Assembly: GCA_019311115.1 (NCBI GenBank)
Contig: JAFDDB010000001.1
Location: 30,674-94,673, forward strand
Direction of reading: 5' to 3'
Length of the DNA: 64,000 nt
Source of the DNA: Deltaproteobacteria bacterium
Lineage (GTDB): Bacteria > Myxococcota_A > UBA9160 > SZUA-336
Under the pieces are notes generated by a model. That model did not search any database. It had not been told where the DNA came from and saw only the letters and a program-made list of their open reading frames with translations. Each line of letters starts with the position of its first letter. The first letter of the stretch is position 1. The position numbers and the translations under genes were made by a program. Below, in pieces: positions 37,678-48,600 of this stretch.

Positions 37678-38790
37678 ATGAGCGCGACGCAGAACGCGGA
37701 AGACGCAGGACGCAGCGGACTCGAGGGCGTGGTGGTGGCCGACACGGTGATGAGCCGGGTCGACGGGCTGGCCGGCCACCTGGTGATTCGCGGATACGAC
37801 GTGGAGGTGCTGGCTGCCAGCGCCCGCTTCGAAGACGTGTGCGCGCTGCTCTGGCAGGGCAGCACGCCGGGGAGTGAGGCCGGGCGAGAGGCGGGGCGCG
37901 AAATCGGCCAGGCGCGGCTTCGCGCGCACGCGCGGCTGCCGGGGCTCGGCGGAGCGTTGAAGCTGCCGAACGCGATGGAAGCGCTGCGCGCCGGAATCGC
38001 GCAGCTCTCGGTCGAGGCCGAGCCGGAGCTCGACCCGCGCTACGAGCTCGTCGGAGCGTGCGCCGTGTACGCCGCGGCCTGGGCGCGGCTCCGCGCCGGC
38101 CAGCAGCCGGTCGCTCCCGACCCGGGGAGAGGTCACGCCGAGGACTACCTGCGCATGGTGCGCGGCGAGGAGCCGGGCGAGCGCGCGGCCGCGCTCGACG
38201 CGTACCTGGTGACGGTCGCCGACCACGGCATGAACGCGTCGACCTTTACCGCGCGGGTCGCGGCGTCGACCGACAGCGACCCGGTCTCGATCGTGACCGC
38301 AGCGCTGTGCTCGCTCAAGGGACCGCTCCACGGGGGCGCCCCCGGCCCGGTGCTCGACATGCTCGACGCCGTAGACACGCCGGACGCCGCGGCGGAGTGG
38401 GTCGAGGCGGAGCTGGCCGCCGGCCGGCGCATCATGGGCATCGGCCACCGGGTGTACCGCGTGCGCGATCCGCGCGCCGCCGTGCTCGAGCGCCAGGTCG
38501 AGCGGCTCGAGATCGCGGGCGTGGCGCTCGACCGTCTCTCGTTCGCGCGCGCCGTCGAGAAGGTCGCGGTCGACGCGCTGCAGCGGCGCCACCCGGACCG
38601 GCCGCTCGAGGCGAACGTCGAGTTCTACACTGCCGTCCTGCTCGACGCCGTCGGCCTGCCGCGCGAGCTCTTCACGCCCACCTTCGCCTGCGCCCGCACC
38701 GCCGGCTGGCTCGCGCACGCCGCCGAGCAGAAGCAGAACGGCCGCCTCATCCGCCCCGCCTGCCGCTACACGGGCCCCGAGCCGGTGTAG
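37678..38790 (+). CDS. citrate synthase family protein (short, CitA/citryl-CoA-lyase-like type)
   Basis: Internal ATG at 37678 after GAGAGGAG. Motifs DHGMNAST, GIGHRVYRVRDPRA and NVEFYTA. Confidence 0.85.
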   Translation: MSATQNAEDAGRSGLEGVVVADTVMSRVDGLAGHLVIRGYDVEVLAASARFEDVCALLWQGSTPGSEAGREAGREIGQARLRAHARLPGLGGALKLPNAMEALRAGIAQLSVEAEPELDPRYELVGACAVYAAAWARLRAGQQPVAPDPGRGHAEDYLRMVRGEEPGERAAALDAYLVTVADHGMNASTFTARVAASTDSDPVSIVTAALCSLKGPLHGGAPGPVLDMLDAVDTPDAAAEWVEAELAAGRRIMGIGHRVYRVRDPRAAVLERQVERLEIAGVALDRLSFARAVEKVAVDALQRRHPDRPLEANVEFYTAVLLDAVGLPRELFTPTFACARTAGWLAHAAEQKQNGRLIRPACRYTGPEPV

Positions 38791-39804
38791 TCACCGGGCA
38801 AGGAGTTCTTCCGCGATCTGGATCGCGTTCGTCGCCGCGCCCTTGCGCAGGTTGTCGCCTACCTCCCAGAGCCATAGGCGGTCGCTGGACAGGTCGCGGC
38901 GCACTCGGCCCACCAGCACCTCGTCGCGGCCCTCGACGTCGAGTGCGGTCGGGAACAGGCCACTGGCGGGGTCGTCCACTACCTCGATGCCCGGGAAGCT
39001 CCGCAAGGCTTCGCGTGCGTCGTCGGGCGAGAGCGGGCGCTCCGTCTCGACGAGCACGCTGGCCGAGTGACCGACGCGCACCGGCACGCGCACGCAGGTC
39101 ATGGTCACGTCGAGGTCGGGCATGCCGAGGATCTTGCGGGTCTCGTCCAGCAGCTTCACCTCTTCGGTGGAGTAGCCGTCGTCGCGGAAGTCCTCGCAGA
39201 GCGGCACGACGTTGTGCGCGATCTGCGCCGCGAACTTCTTGGGCGCGGGCGCCGCCCCTCCACCCGCGGTCGCCTCGAGCTGCGACTCGAGCTCGTCGAG
39301 GCCGGGATTGCCCGCTCCGCTCACGGCTTGGAGCGTGGTCACGACGGCGGAGCGCAGCCCGGCCCGCCGGCGCAGCGCCTCGAGCACCATGACGAACGGG
39401 ATCGTGGTGCAGTTGGGGCAGGAGATGATCCCCTGGTGTCCGGCAATCGCATCGGCGTTCACCTCGGGCACGACCAGCGGCACCTTCGGGTCCATGCGCC
39501 AGGTGTTGGACTTGTCGATCGCGACGGCCCCGCGTCGTGCCGCCTCGGGGGCGAGCTCCTTGGAGAGTGCGCCCGTGGCAGCGAAGAAGACGTAGTCCAC
39601 GCCGTCGAGGGCCTCGGGCAGCGCCTGCCGCACCTCGACCGCCTCACCCCGGAACTGGACCGTCGTGCCCACGGATCGCTCGCTAGCCAGGGGGCGCAGC
39701 TCGGCGACGGGAAAGTCCCGCTCCTCGAGCACCCGCAGCAGCACCTGGCCGACGGCGCCGGTGGCTCCGGCGATCGCGACGACCTTTCCGTGGCGTGCGG
39801 ACAT
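38791..39804 (-). CDS. asd: aspartate-semialdehyde dehydrogenase
   Basis: Motifs AIAGATGAVGQ, SCPNCTT (active-site Cys), QAVSGAG and NLRKGAATNAIQIAE. Confidence 0.95.
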   Translation of the reverse strand: MSARHGKVVAIAGATGAVGQVLLRVLEERDFPVAELRPLASERSVGTTVQFRGEAVEVRQALPEALDGVDYVFFAATGALSKELAPEAARRGAVAIDKSNTWRMDPKVPLVVPEVNADAIAGHQGIISCPNCTTIPFVMVLEALRRRAGLRSAVVTTLQAVSGAGNPGLDELESQLEATAGGGAAPAPKKFAAQIAHNVVPLCEDFRDDGYSTEEVKLLDETRKILGMPDLDVTMTCVRVPVRVGHSASVLVETERPLSPDDAREALRSFPGIEVVDDPASGLFPTALDVEGRDEVLVGRVRRDLSSDRLWLWEVGDNLRKGAATNAIQIAEELLAR

Positions 39805-39851
39805 GACTGTCTCTCCTCGAATCCGGAAGCGGGGACTCTAGAAGGGGACGT

Positions 39852-41102
39852 CTACAGCAGCAAGCCCGCCAGCGCCCCGGTGCTGAACGTCGCCAGCGCT
39901 CCGGCGAGAACCGCGCGCAGACCGTCGCGGGCGATGTCGGGGCGGCGCTCGGGGGCGATGCCGCCAAGCCCTCCGAGCAGGATGCCTAGCGAGCCCAGGT
40001 TCGCGAAGCCGCAGAGCGCGTAGCTGGCGATCACCACGGAGCGCGGGTGGAGCGACGCGCGCACCTCGGAGAGCATCTGGTACGAGATGAACTCGTTGAA
40101 CATCACCTTCACGCCGAGCAGTCGCGCCACGGCGGGTGCGTCGGCCCAGGGGACGCCCAGCAGGAAGGCGAGCGGCGAGAGCAGCACGCCCAGCAGCCCC
40201 CGGAAGCTCAGGTCCGGCAGCCCGACGAGTCCACCGGCCCAGGCGAACGCCGCGTCGAGCAGGTAGATCAGCGCCACGAACACGATCAGCATGGCGCCCA
40301 CGTTGAGCGCGAGGCGGAGGCCGTCCGACGCGCCGACGGCGATCGCGTCGATCGAGTTGACGCTCTCGTGCGGCACGCGAATCTGCGCCACGTCCTGCAT
40401 CGTCTCGGGCGTGCCGGTCTCTGGGATCACGAGCTTGGCGAATGCGATGCCCGCCGGCGCCGACATGAAGCTCGCGGCGATCAGGTGCCCGGCGAACTCG
40501 GCGCCGACCATGCCCATGTAGATGACGAGCACCGACCCCGCGACGGTCGAGAGCCCGCACGTCATCACGCAGAAAAGCTCGCTCCGCGTCATGCCCGCGA
40601 TGTAGGGCCGCACCATGAGGGGCGCCTCGGTCATGCCGAGAAAGACGTTCGCGATGCTGGACAACGCCTCGGCGCCGCTGATCGGCAGCACGCGGCGGAG
40701 TCCGCGCGCCAGCCCGGACACCACGTGCTGCAGCAGTCCCCAGTGGTAGAGCAACGCGAAGATGCTCGACATGAAGATGATCACGGGCAGCACGCGGATC
40801 GCGAGCACGAAGGGCACGGCGACGGGTGAGCCGTCGCCGTCCATGACCCGCGCCGGCCAGCGGCCGAAGACGAAGTCGATGCCCTGGTCGGCGGCGCGGA
40901 TGAAGAAGACCGCGGCGTCGTTGAGCACCGCGAAGAGGCCCGTGCCGATCGGCGTGCGAAGCGCGATCACCGCAATTGCCAGCTGCAGCCCGAAGGCCAT
41001 GGCGACGGTGCGCCAGGCGATGCCGCGCCGGTCGGTCGAGACCGCCACCGCGATGCCGACCAGCACCGCCAGGCCCGCTAGGCCGACCGCGCGCTCCATC
41101 AT
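39852..41102 (-). CDS. NupC/NupG-family concentrative nucleoside transporter
   Basis: 416-aa polytopic protein with CNT-type motifs (GIDFVFG, GMTEAPLMVRPY, FCVMTCGLSTVAGSVL). Confidence 0.85.
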   Translation of the reverse strand: MMERAVGLAGLAVLVGIAVAVSTDRRGIAWRTVAMAFGLQLAIAVIALRTPIGTGLFAVLNDAAVFFIRAADQGIDFVFGRWPARVMDGDGSPVAVPFVLAIRVLPVIIFMSSIFALLYHWGLLQHVVSGLARGLRRVLPISGAEALSSIANVFLGMTEAPLMVRPYIAGMTRSELFCVMTCGLSTVAGSVLVIYMGMVGAEFAGHLIAASFMSAPAGIAFAKLVIPETGTPETMQDVAQIRVPHESVNSIDAIAVGASDGLRLALNVGAMLIVFVALIYLLDAAFAWAGGLVGLPDLSFRGLLGVLLSPLAFLLGVPWADAPAVARLLGVKVMFNEFISYQMLSEVRASLHPRSVVIASYALCGFANLGSLGILLGGLGGIAPERRPDIARDGLRAVLAGALATFSTGALAGLLL

Positions 41103-41752
41103 CCGGCGCTTCCGGCCGCCGCGTGGAAGCTCGCGTCCAGGCGGCGGGTCTCTTCCGCGGGATCGTCGGCGTTCGCGATCGCGGAGATCACGGCTGCGGC
41201 CACGGCGCCGGTCTTCGCGACGTCGGCCAGGTTGGACGCGCCGATGCCGCCGATGGCGACCAGCGGGTGCGCCGCCAGCTCTACGGCCTGACGCAGCAGG
41301 TCGGCTCCGCGCGGATCGAACTCGGACTCCTTGGAGCGGGTGCCGAAGACCGGGCCGAACGCCACGTAGTCCACGGGGCGGCCGCGGCTCTCGCGCACCT
41401 GCTCGAGGGTGTGCGTAGACAGGCCGACGACCAGCCGCTCCCGCACCTGGGGCGGGACGCGTTCCGGGGCCAGGTCGTCCTGTCCCAGGTGCACGCCGCC
41501 CGCACCCGCGAGGTCCGCCAGGTCGTAGCGGTCGTTCACGACCAGCAGGGCTCCCGCCTCGCGCGCACGCTGGCTCGCGAAGCGCGCCAGCTCGAGCGCC
41601 TCGGCGTCGTCGGTATGCTTGAGTCGCAGCTGGATCACAGTCGCACCGCCTTCGAGTGCGGCGCAGACGATCTCGCGCGGACGCGTGCGCCAGCGCGGGT
41701 CGTCGTCGGCCAGCGGGTAGATCCCGGACAGCGCGGCGAGCGTTCCTGTCAT
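41099..41752 (-). CDS. thiE: thiamine-phosphate synthase
   Basis: Motifs IQLRLK, VVNDR, GVHLGQDD, VGLSTH, YVAFGPVF and AIGGI. Confidence 0.9.
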   Translation of the reverse strand: MTGTLAALSGIYPLADDDPRWRTRPREIVCAALEGGATVIQLRLKHTDDAEALELARFASQRAREAGALLVVNDRYDLADLAGAGGVHLGQDDLAPERVPPQVRERLVVGLSTHTLEQVRESRGRPVDYVAFGPVFGTRSKESEFDPRGADLLRQAVELAAHPLVAIGGIGASNLADVAKTGAVAAAVISAIANADDPAEETRRLDASFHAAAGSAG

Positions 41753-41780
41753 CGGTCCATCCTCAGCGACTCGGAGTGTG

Positions 41781-43213
<1,433 letters not shown>

Positions 43214-43217
<4 letters not shown>

Positions 43218-44299
43218 GAGGCCTCCCGTACCGGCAGCAGCACGCGCGCGCGCGTCCCTCCGGCGTGTCCCGGCAGCATCTGGATGCGGCCGCCGTGCTT
43301 CACGACCCAGTGTTGGGTCAGCGCCAGGCCGAGACCCGTCCCGTCCTCGCGTCCGGTGAAGAACGGCGTGAAGACGAGCGGCAGGTGCTCGTCCGGAATT
43401 CCGGGTCCGGTGTCGTCGACCTCGATCCGTACCATGCGCATCGGCTTCGACTCTCCCGGCGACAGGTGATAGGGCGTGTCGACGCGCGTGCGCAGGGTGA
43501 GCTGTCCGCGGCCTTCCATGGCTTGCACGGCGTTCCGCGTCAGATTCAGGAAGACCTGTGTGATCCGGTCCGGGTCGAGCTCGAGATCGGGAATGCTGGG
43601 GTCGTACTCGCGCCGCACTTCGATCTCGCGCCACGAGCCCGACTGGCTCTGCAACGTGAGCAGCTTGTCGAGGATCTCGTGGATGTTGACCGGACGCGGA
43701 TGGATGTCGCCGCCGCGCGTGAGCTCCCCGAACTCGTCGAGGAGCCTGCGGATCCGGTCGGTCTGCTCGACGATCAGCTCCGGAAAGCGCCGGAGCCCCG
43801 GGTCGTCGAGCCGGCTCTCGAGCAGCTGCGCGGCACCGCGGATTCCTCCCAGCGGGTTGCGGATCTCGTGCGCGATGCCGCTCGCCAGCCGGGCGTAGAC
43901 CTCGCTGCGCGCCTGCTGGTCGACCATGTCCTCGAGTTCGCGGCCGATGGTGCGGTCGTGGAGCGTCAGCGCCGCCCCGTCGGCCTCGCGATCCATGATG
44001 ATGGGCGACGCCGCCAGGTCCACGATCAGGGACCGCTCGCCGTGGCGGTGGTGGATGACGCACTCGTGTGACGACAGGTCGCGCTGCGTCTCGAGCACCT
44101 GCATCAGGATCGACACCGCCGGGTGTCGATCGCCGAGCACCTCGGCGAGGCGCCTGCCCGCGCTGCTGCGCCGAGAGACGTCGAGAATCCGGCTGGCCTC
44201 GGCGTTCTGGAACTCGACGCGTCCCTTGGCGTTGACCGCCACGATGCCGACGCGGAGCGAGTCGAGCACCGCGCCCATCCTCTCGAGCTCGTCGTTCAC
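43214..44299 (-). CDS. ntrB: PAS-domain sensor histidine kinase (NtrB type)
   Basis: GTG at 44299 overlaps the dusB stop (GTGA). H-box GIAHEIRNPL, N-box FLNLTRNAVQA and G-boxes DDTGPGI and GTGLGLAL. Confidence 0.8.
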
Positions 44300-45363
44300 T
44301 CGGCGCTCCGGAAGAAGCTCGTGGCGTCGGCGACCACCCGTTCCAGGTCGTCCGCGCGATTGACGCGCTCGCGGAAGGCGCTCGCTCCGCGCAGCCCGAC
44401 GGCGTACGCGCACAGGTACTTCTTGAGCATGTGCACCGCCGATCGCTGGTCGCCGAAGTAGCGGAGCATCAGCTCGAGGTGCCGCTCGACCAGTTCCGCG
44501 CGCTCGGCCGGAGCCGGCTCAGGCACCGGCCGTCCGCCATCCAGCTCCACGATCTGCGAGAAGATCCAGGGGCGCCGCAGCGCGCCGCGCCCGATCATGA
44601 CGCCCGCCGCCCCGGTCTGGCGCAGCATGTCGAGCGCGTCCTGCGGTGTGACGATGTCGCCGTTTGCGAGTACCGGCACGCGCACCGCGTCGACCACCTC
44701 GGCGATGCGCGCGCGGTCGGCCCGGCCGCGGTAGAGCTGTGCGCGCGTGCGGCCGTGAACGCTGACGAAGTCGGCGCCCTCGGCCTCGGCGATGCGCGCG
44801 ACCTCGGGCGCCGTGATGGAGTGCGCGTCCCAGCCGAGCCGCACCTTCACCGACAGCACGCCGTCGGGCAGCGACCGGCGCATGGCCGCGACCAGCGGGC
44901 CCACGCTCTGCGGCGTGCGCAGCAGGCAGGCTCCCGCTCCGTGCTTGAGGAACTTCTTGACCGGGCAACCCAGGTTCAGGTCGATGAACCGCGCGCCGCG
45001 CCCGGCCAGCATGCGGGTGGCCTCGCCGAGCGGCCCGGTCTCCGCCCCGAAGAGCTGGTAGGCCAACGGCTGCTCGGCGGGGGCGCTCTCGACCAGCCGC
45101 CAGCTCTTGGGCCCCTGCCGCGAGAGCCCCTTGGCCGAGACGGTCTCGGTGAAGACCAGCGCGGCGCCCGCCTGGGCGGCGATCAGCCGGAACGGCAGGT
45201 TCGTGACCCCGGCCATCGGAGCCAGGACCAGGTTCCGCTCGAGCGTCTCCCGCCCCACCCGCAGGGGCCGCACGAGTCCGAGCGTCTCCTCGCCACTTCC
45301 ACGGTCGTGACGGGAAGGAGAGGCGGATGGGGACTGGGCTTCGCGGGGTTCGGACTGCATCAT
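44296..45363 (-). CDS. dusB: tRNA-dihydrouridine synthase
   Basis: Motifs LAPMAGVTNLPFR, DLNLGCP, VKVRLGWD, VHGRTR and MIGRGA. Start is ATG at 45363, or possibly the in-frame GTG at 45273. Confidence 0.9.
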   Translation of the reverse strand: MMQSEPREAQSPSASPSRHDRGSGEETLGLVRPLRVGRETLERNLVLAPMAGVTNLPFRLIAAQAGAALVFTETVSAKGLSRQGPKSWRLVESAPAEQPLAYQLFGAETGPLGEATRMLAGRGARFIDLNLGCPVKKFLKHGAGACLLRTPQSVGPLVAAMRRSLPDGVLSVKVRLGWDAHSITAPEVARIAEAEGADFVSVHGRTRAQLYRGRADRARIAEVVDAVRVPVLANGDIVTPQDALDMLRQTGAAGVMIGRGALRRPWIFSQIVELDGGRPVPEPAPAERAELVERHLELMLRYFGDQRSAVHMLKKYLCAYAVGLRGASAFRERVNRADDLERVVADATSFFRSAE

Positions 45364-45419
45364 GCGGGGGGCGGCCTCGCAGGCGGAATTCGCCAGTGGT
45401 CGAGAGGAGATCGGCCCGA

Positions 45420-45440
45420 TCTGCCTAGATCGTAGGCAGA
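45420..45440. promoter_or_regulatory. perfect 8+8 palindrome in the dusB-ntrBC / moeA divergent region
   Basis: TCTGCCTA-gatcg-TAGGCAGA lies 56 nt upstream of the dusB ATG and 22 nt upstream of the moeA ATG. It shares CTGCCTA-N5-T(A/G)GGCAG with 10092-10110. Confidence 0.4.
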
Positions 45441-45462
45441 CGTTATACCGTGGGGAGTTCGC

Positions 45463-46743
45463 ATGCGCCATTCCAGCCCGACCCTGGCCACCGAGCCCGA
45501 GCGCGTCTCGATCTCGATCCAGGAGGCCCGCGACCTGGTGCTCTCGACCATCGAGACGCTGGGTCCCGAGACGGTCGGGCTGCGGGACGCGGTGGGCCGG
45601 GTGCTGGCCGAGGAGATCCGCGCGGACCGGCAGATCCCGCCGGCCGACAACTCGGCGATGGACGGCTTCGCGCTGCGCGCCGGGGACGCGGCGGAGCCTC
45701 CCACGCGGCTGCGCGTCGTGGAGGTGATCGCGGCGGGGGCGCGCTCCGACCGCAAGCTCGGTCCGGGGGAAGCCGCGCGCATTCTGACCGGTGCACCGAT
45801 CCCCGAGGGCGCCGACGCCGTCGTCATGCAGGAAGCCACGCGGGTCGAGGGCGACGAGGTCCACGTGCTGGAGCCCGTGACCGCCGGCGACCACATCCGG
45901 CGCGCGGGCAGCGACGTCTCGCCCGGGCTTCTCGTGGCCGAGCCGGGGCGCGTGCTGCGCCCCGCCGACGTGGGCATGGTCTCCTCGCTCGGCCGCACGC
46001 AGCTGTCGGTGGTCGCGCGCCCGCGGGTGGCGATCCTGGCGACCGGCGACGAGCTGGTCGAGCCGGACCGGCTCGAGGAAGACGGGCGCATCGTCTCGTC
46101 GAACAGCTATGGGTTGCAGGCTGCGGTGATCGAGGCGGGGGCCGAGCCGGTGCTGCTCGGCATCGCGCGCGACGAGCCCGACGTGATCGCCCGCAGCTTT
46201 GAACGCGCGTTGCACTGCGACCTGGTGATCTCGACCGGCGGCGTGTCGGTCGGCGATCGCGACTGGATCAAGCGCGTGCTCGCCGACCTGGGCGGCGACA
46301 TGCGGCTCTGGCGCGTGCGCATGAAGCCGGGCGCGCCGGTCGCGTTCGTCACGCTGGCCGGGCGGCCGGTGTTCGGCTTGCCGGGGAATCCGGTCTCCAC
46401 GCTCGTCACGTTCGAGCAGCTGGTGCGTCCCGCGTTGCTGCGCATGATGGGACGCCGCGAGATCTTCCGCCCTGTCGAGCGGGTTCGCCTGGCCGACGCC
46501 TACCGCAAGCCCGCGGGGCGCGCGCACTACGTGCGCGTGACGTTGGAACGCGCCCACGGGTCACACGACCGATCACGCGTGGCGCGCGTCTGCCAGGACC
46601 AGAGCTCGGGCGTGCTGCTCTCGATGGTGCGCGCCGACGCGCTGGTCTTCGTGCCCGAGGAGGTCACCGAGATCGAGGCGGGGAGCGAAGTGCCGGCCAT
46701 CCTGATCGGCTCGTCGGACCTGTGCGCGGAGCCCGGCCATTAG
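45463..46743 (+). CDS. moeA: molybdopterin molybdotransferase
   Basis: Motifs ADNSAMDGFA, LATGDEL, STGGVSVGDRD and LPGNPVS. Confidence 0.9.
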   Translation: MRHSSPTLATEPERVSISIQEARDLVLSTIETLGPETVGLRDAVGRVLAEEIRADRQIPPADNSAMDGFALRAGDAAEPPTRLRVVEVIAAGARSDRKLGPGEAARILTGAPIPEGADAVVMQEATRVEGDEVHVLEPVTAGDHIRRAGSDVSPGLLVAEPGRVLRPADVGMVSSLGRTQLSVVARPRVAILATGDELVEPDRLEEDGRIVSSNSYGLQAAVIEAGAEPVLLGIARDEPDVIARSFERALHCDLVISTGGVSVGDRDWIKRVLADLGGDMRLWRVRMKPGAPVAFVTLAGRPVFGLPGNPVSTLVTFEQLVRPALLRMMGRREIFRPVERVRLADAYRKPAGRAHYVRVTLERAHGSHDRSRVARVCQDQSSGVLLSMVRADALVFVPEEVTEIEAGSEVPAILIGSSDLCAEPGH

Positions 46744-46765
46744 GCTCACGCACGTCGAGGGGGCG

Positions 46766-47317
46766 GTGCTCGCCGGAGGCGCGTCGAGCCGCATGGGCCG
46801 CGACAAGGCGAGCCTCGACCTGGACGGCACCGCCATGGCGTCGCGCGTCGCGTCGGCGCTCGGGGACTGCTTGTCGACGGTGCGGATCGTGCTGCGGCCG
46901 GGGCAGCCGAACCCGACCGACCTGCCGCGCATCGACGATCACCACGAGGCGCGCGCTCCGATCGTGGGAGTGGCCGCGGCGCTCGAAGCCGCCGAGGCTC
47001 CGGCCGTGCTGGTGGCGGCTTGCGACCTGCCCGGCCTGCACGCGCGGTTCCTGCTCGCGCTGCTCGCGCACGTCCCCGCCTCGGGCGGGCCGGAGATCGT
47101 GGCGCCGCGCACGTCTCGCGGCCCCGAGCCGCTGGTCGCGGTCTACCGCCGGACCCTGCTTCCCGAGCTGGGCCGGCGCATCGGGGCGGGAGAGCTGGCG
47201 CTCCAGGGCCTGCTCCGCGACTGCGACACGCGCTTCGTCGACGCGGCGCTGCTGCGCGAGATCGACCCGGATCTCGAGGCGCTTCGCAACGTGAACCGGC
47301 CCGAGGACCTTCCCTAG
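46766..47317 (+). CDS. mobA: molybdenum cofactor guanylyltransferase
   Basis: LAGGASSRMG N-terminal motif and ACDLP. The GTG start gives a slightly short N-terminus, so the start is uncertain. Confidence 0.8.
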   Translation: MLAGGASSRMGRDKASLDLDGTAMASRVASALGDCLSTVRIVLRPGQPNPTDLPRIDDHHEARAPIVGVAAALEAAEAPAVLVAACDLPGLHARFLLALLAHVPASGGPEIVAPRTSRGPEPLVAVYRRTLLPELGRRIGAGELALQGLLRDCDTRFVDAALLREIDPDLEALRNVNRPEDLP

Positions 47318-48600
47318 CCTCTTCGGCCTGCCCGCCCTACCTCGAGGTAGCGTCGCGCCGCGAGCAGCAACGGCTTCGGGTCCGCGGCGTCGCCTGCAAA
47401 CCGCGCCGCGTCTGCGGCGCGCAGGATGCGCAGCGCCTCTGCGTCGTCGATGCGCTCGGCAAGCTCCGACGTCGTGAGCGGCGACGGGTCGAGCGACCAG
47501 CGCACGCGCACGCCCGCCTTCACCGCGGCGGAGAGCAGCGACGGAAAGTCGGGGCTGCCCGCAGCTTGCTCGGCGCGCGCCAGGAGCCCCGCGAGGTCGG
47601 GCTCGGGCTCGCGAGCCCGACCTCGCGGGGCGCCGCGCCACCAGCGTGCCAGCGCCCACCCGCTGACGGTCAGCAGGCCGACCAGCACGAGCCCGATCGG
47701 CCACGCCAGGCCCGGCCGCAGCGAGACCTCACCCGCGCGCTCGCGCGCCTCCCAGGGAGCGCGCTGCACGGCCCCGCGCCGGACCACCTCGAGAGCGAGT
47801 GGCTCCGAAGAAGCGCGGCGGTAGCGGCCGGCGGCCGGGTCGAAGTAGTCGACCCGGAACGCCCCGATCGTGTGCGTTCCCGTCTCCTGCGGCACGACGT
47901 CGAAGCGGAAGCGGCGCCGCGAGACCAGACGTCCCTTGCGCGTGTCGGTCAGGGTTCGCGGCCGTTCGGCGAAGACCTCGACATCTCTCCCGATCAGGGC
48001 GGCGAGGTCGGGCGGGGAGACGTCCCACACGTTGCCCGCGCCGAACACGTCGACGTCGACGCCGATGGCCCGCCCCACCGTGACCTGGTCGCCGTCGGCG
48101 CTCACCCGCACCTCGAGCGGCCCGACCAGCCCGTCGAAGCCCTCCGGCCGCCCCGCTTCGGGGAGGGCGCGCACCCGCACGCGCACGCCCGGAACGTCGA
48201 TCTCGGCTTCGTCGCCGTCCCGCGTCTTTACGCGCAGAATCGAGCTGGGCACCTCGAGCGTGCCCGTTCGCGTGGCGTAGAGCGCGCGCCGGAACAGCGT
48301 GGTGCGCGCGGCATCGCGGCCGCCCGGGTGCAGCAGCGCGCTGCCTTCGCTCGGCATGCGCTCGACCCAGAACCCCTCGCAGACCGGGGGCTCCCAGCGC
48401 GGCCGTGCGTACAGGTGGTGCACGACCGTCAGCTCGAGGACCAACTGCTCGTGCAGGAACGGCTGGTCGCGGTCGACGCGCGTTCGCACGTCGATCACGC
48501 CGGGCACGTCGATTACGGCCTCCGCCCGCGCGGAGCCCGTGAGCGCCCAGACCGCCGCTTGTACGCAGAGGGCGGCGATCCGGTACGAGCCCGGTCTCAC
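47314..48600 (-). CDS. batD: BatD-like protein
   Basis: GTG at 48600 overlaps the upstream stop (GTGA). Signal peptide, a large periplasmic domain, and a late TM (GLAWPIGLVLVGLLTV). It is the last gene of the bat operon. Confidence 0.65.
   Translation of the reverse strand: MRPGSYRIAALCVQAAVWALTGSARAEAVIDVPGVIDVRTRVDRDQPFLHEQLVLELTVVHHLYARPRWEPPVCEGFWVERMPSEGSALLHPGGRDAARTTLFRRALYATRTGTLEVPSSILRVKTRDGDEAEIDVPGVRVRVRALPEAGRPEGFDGLVGPLEVRVSADGDQVTVGRAIGVDVDVFGAGNVWDVSPPDLAALIGRDVEVFAERPRTLTDTRKGRLVSRRRFRFDVVPQETGTHTIGAFRVDYFDPAAGRYRRASSEPLALEVVRRGAVQRAPWEARERAGEVSLRPGLAWPIGLVLVGLLTVSGWALARWWRGAPRGRAREPEPDLAGLLARAEQAAGSPDFPSLLSAAVKAGVRVRWSLDPSPLTTSELAERIDDAEALRILRAADAARFAGDAADPKPLLLAARRYLEVGRAGRRG

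Noticed and set aside
41753-41780. A TPP riboswitch upstream of thiE, and a Moco riboswitch upstream of moeA (45364-45462).
   Set aside because: Only 28 nt are available before thiE and 99 nt before moeA. I could not see the conserved cores (for example the CUGAGA/ACCUGA-type TPP elements). There is not enough space or signal.
45364-45420. A sigma54 promoter for dusB-ntrBC (minus-strand read TGGCGAATTCCGCCTGC).
   Set aside because: GG-to-GC spacing is 12 rather than 10, and the -12 element does not resemble TTGC. It is not supported.
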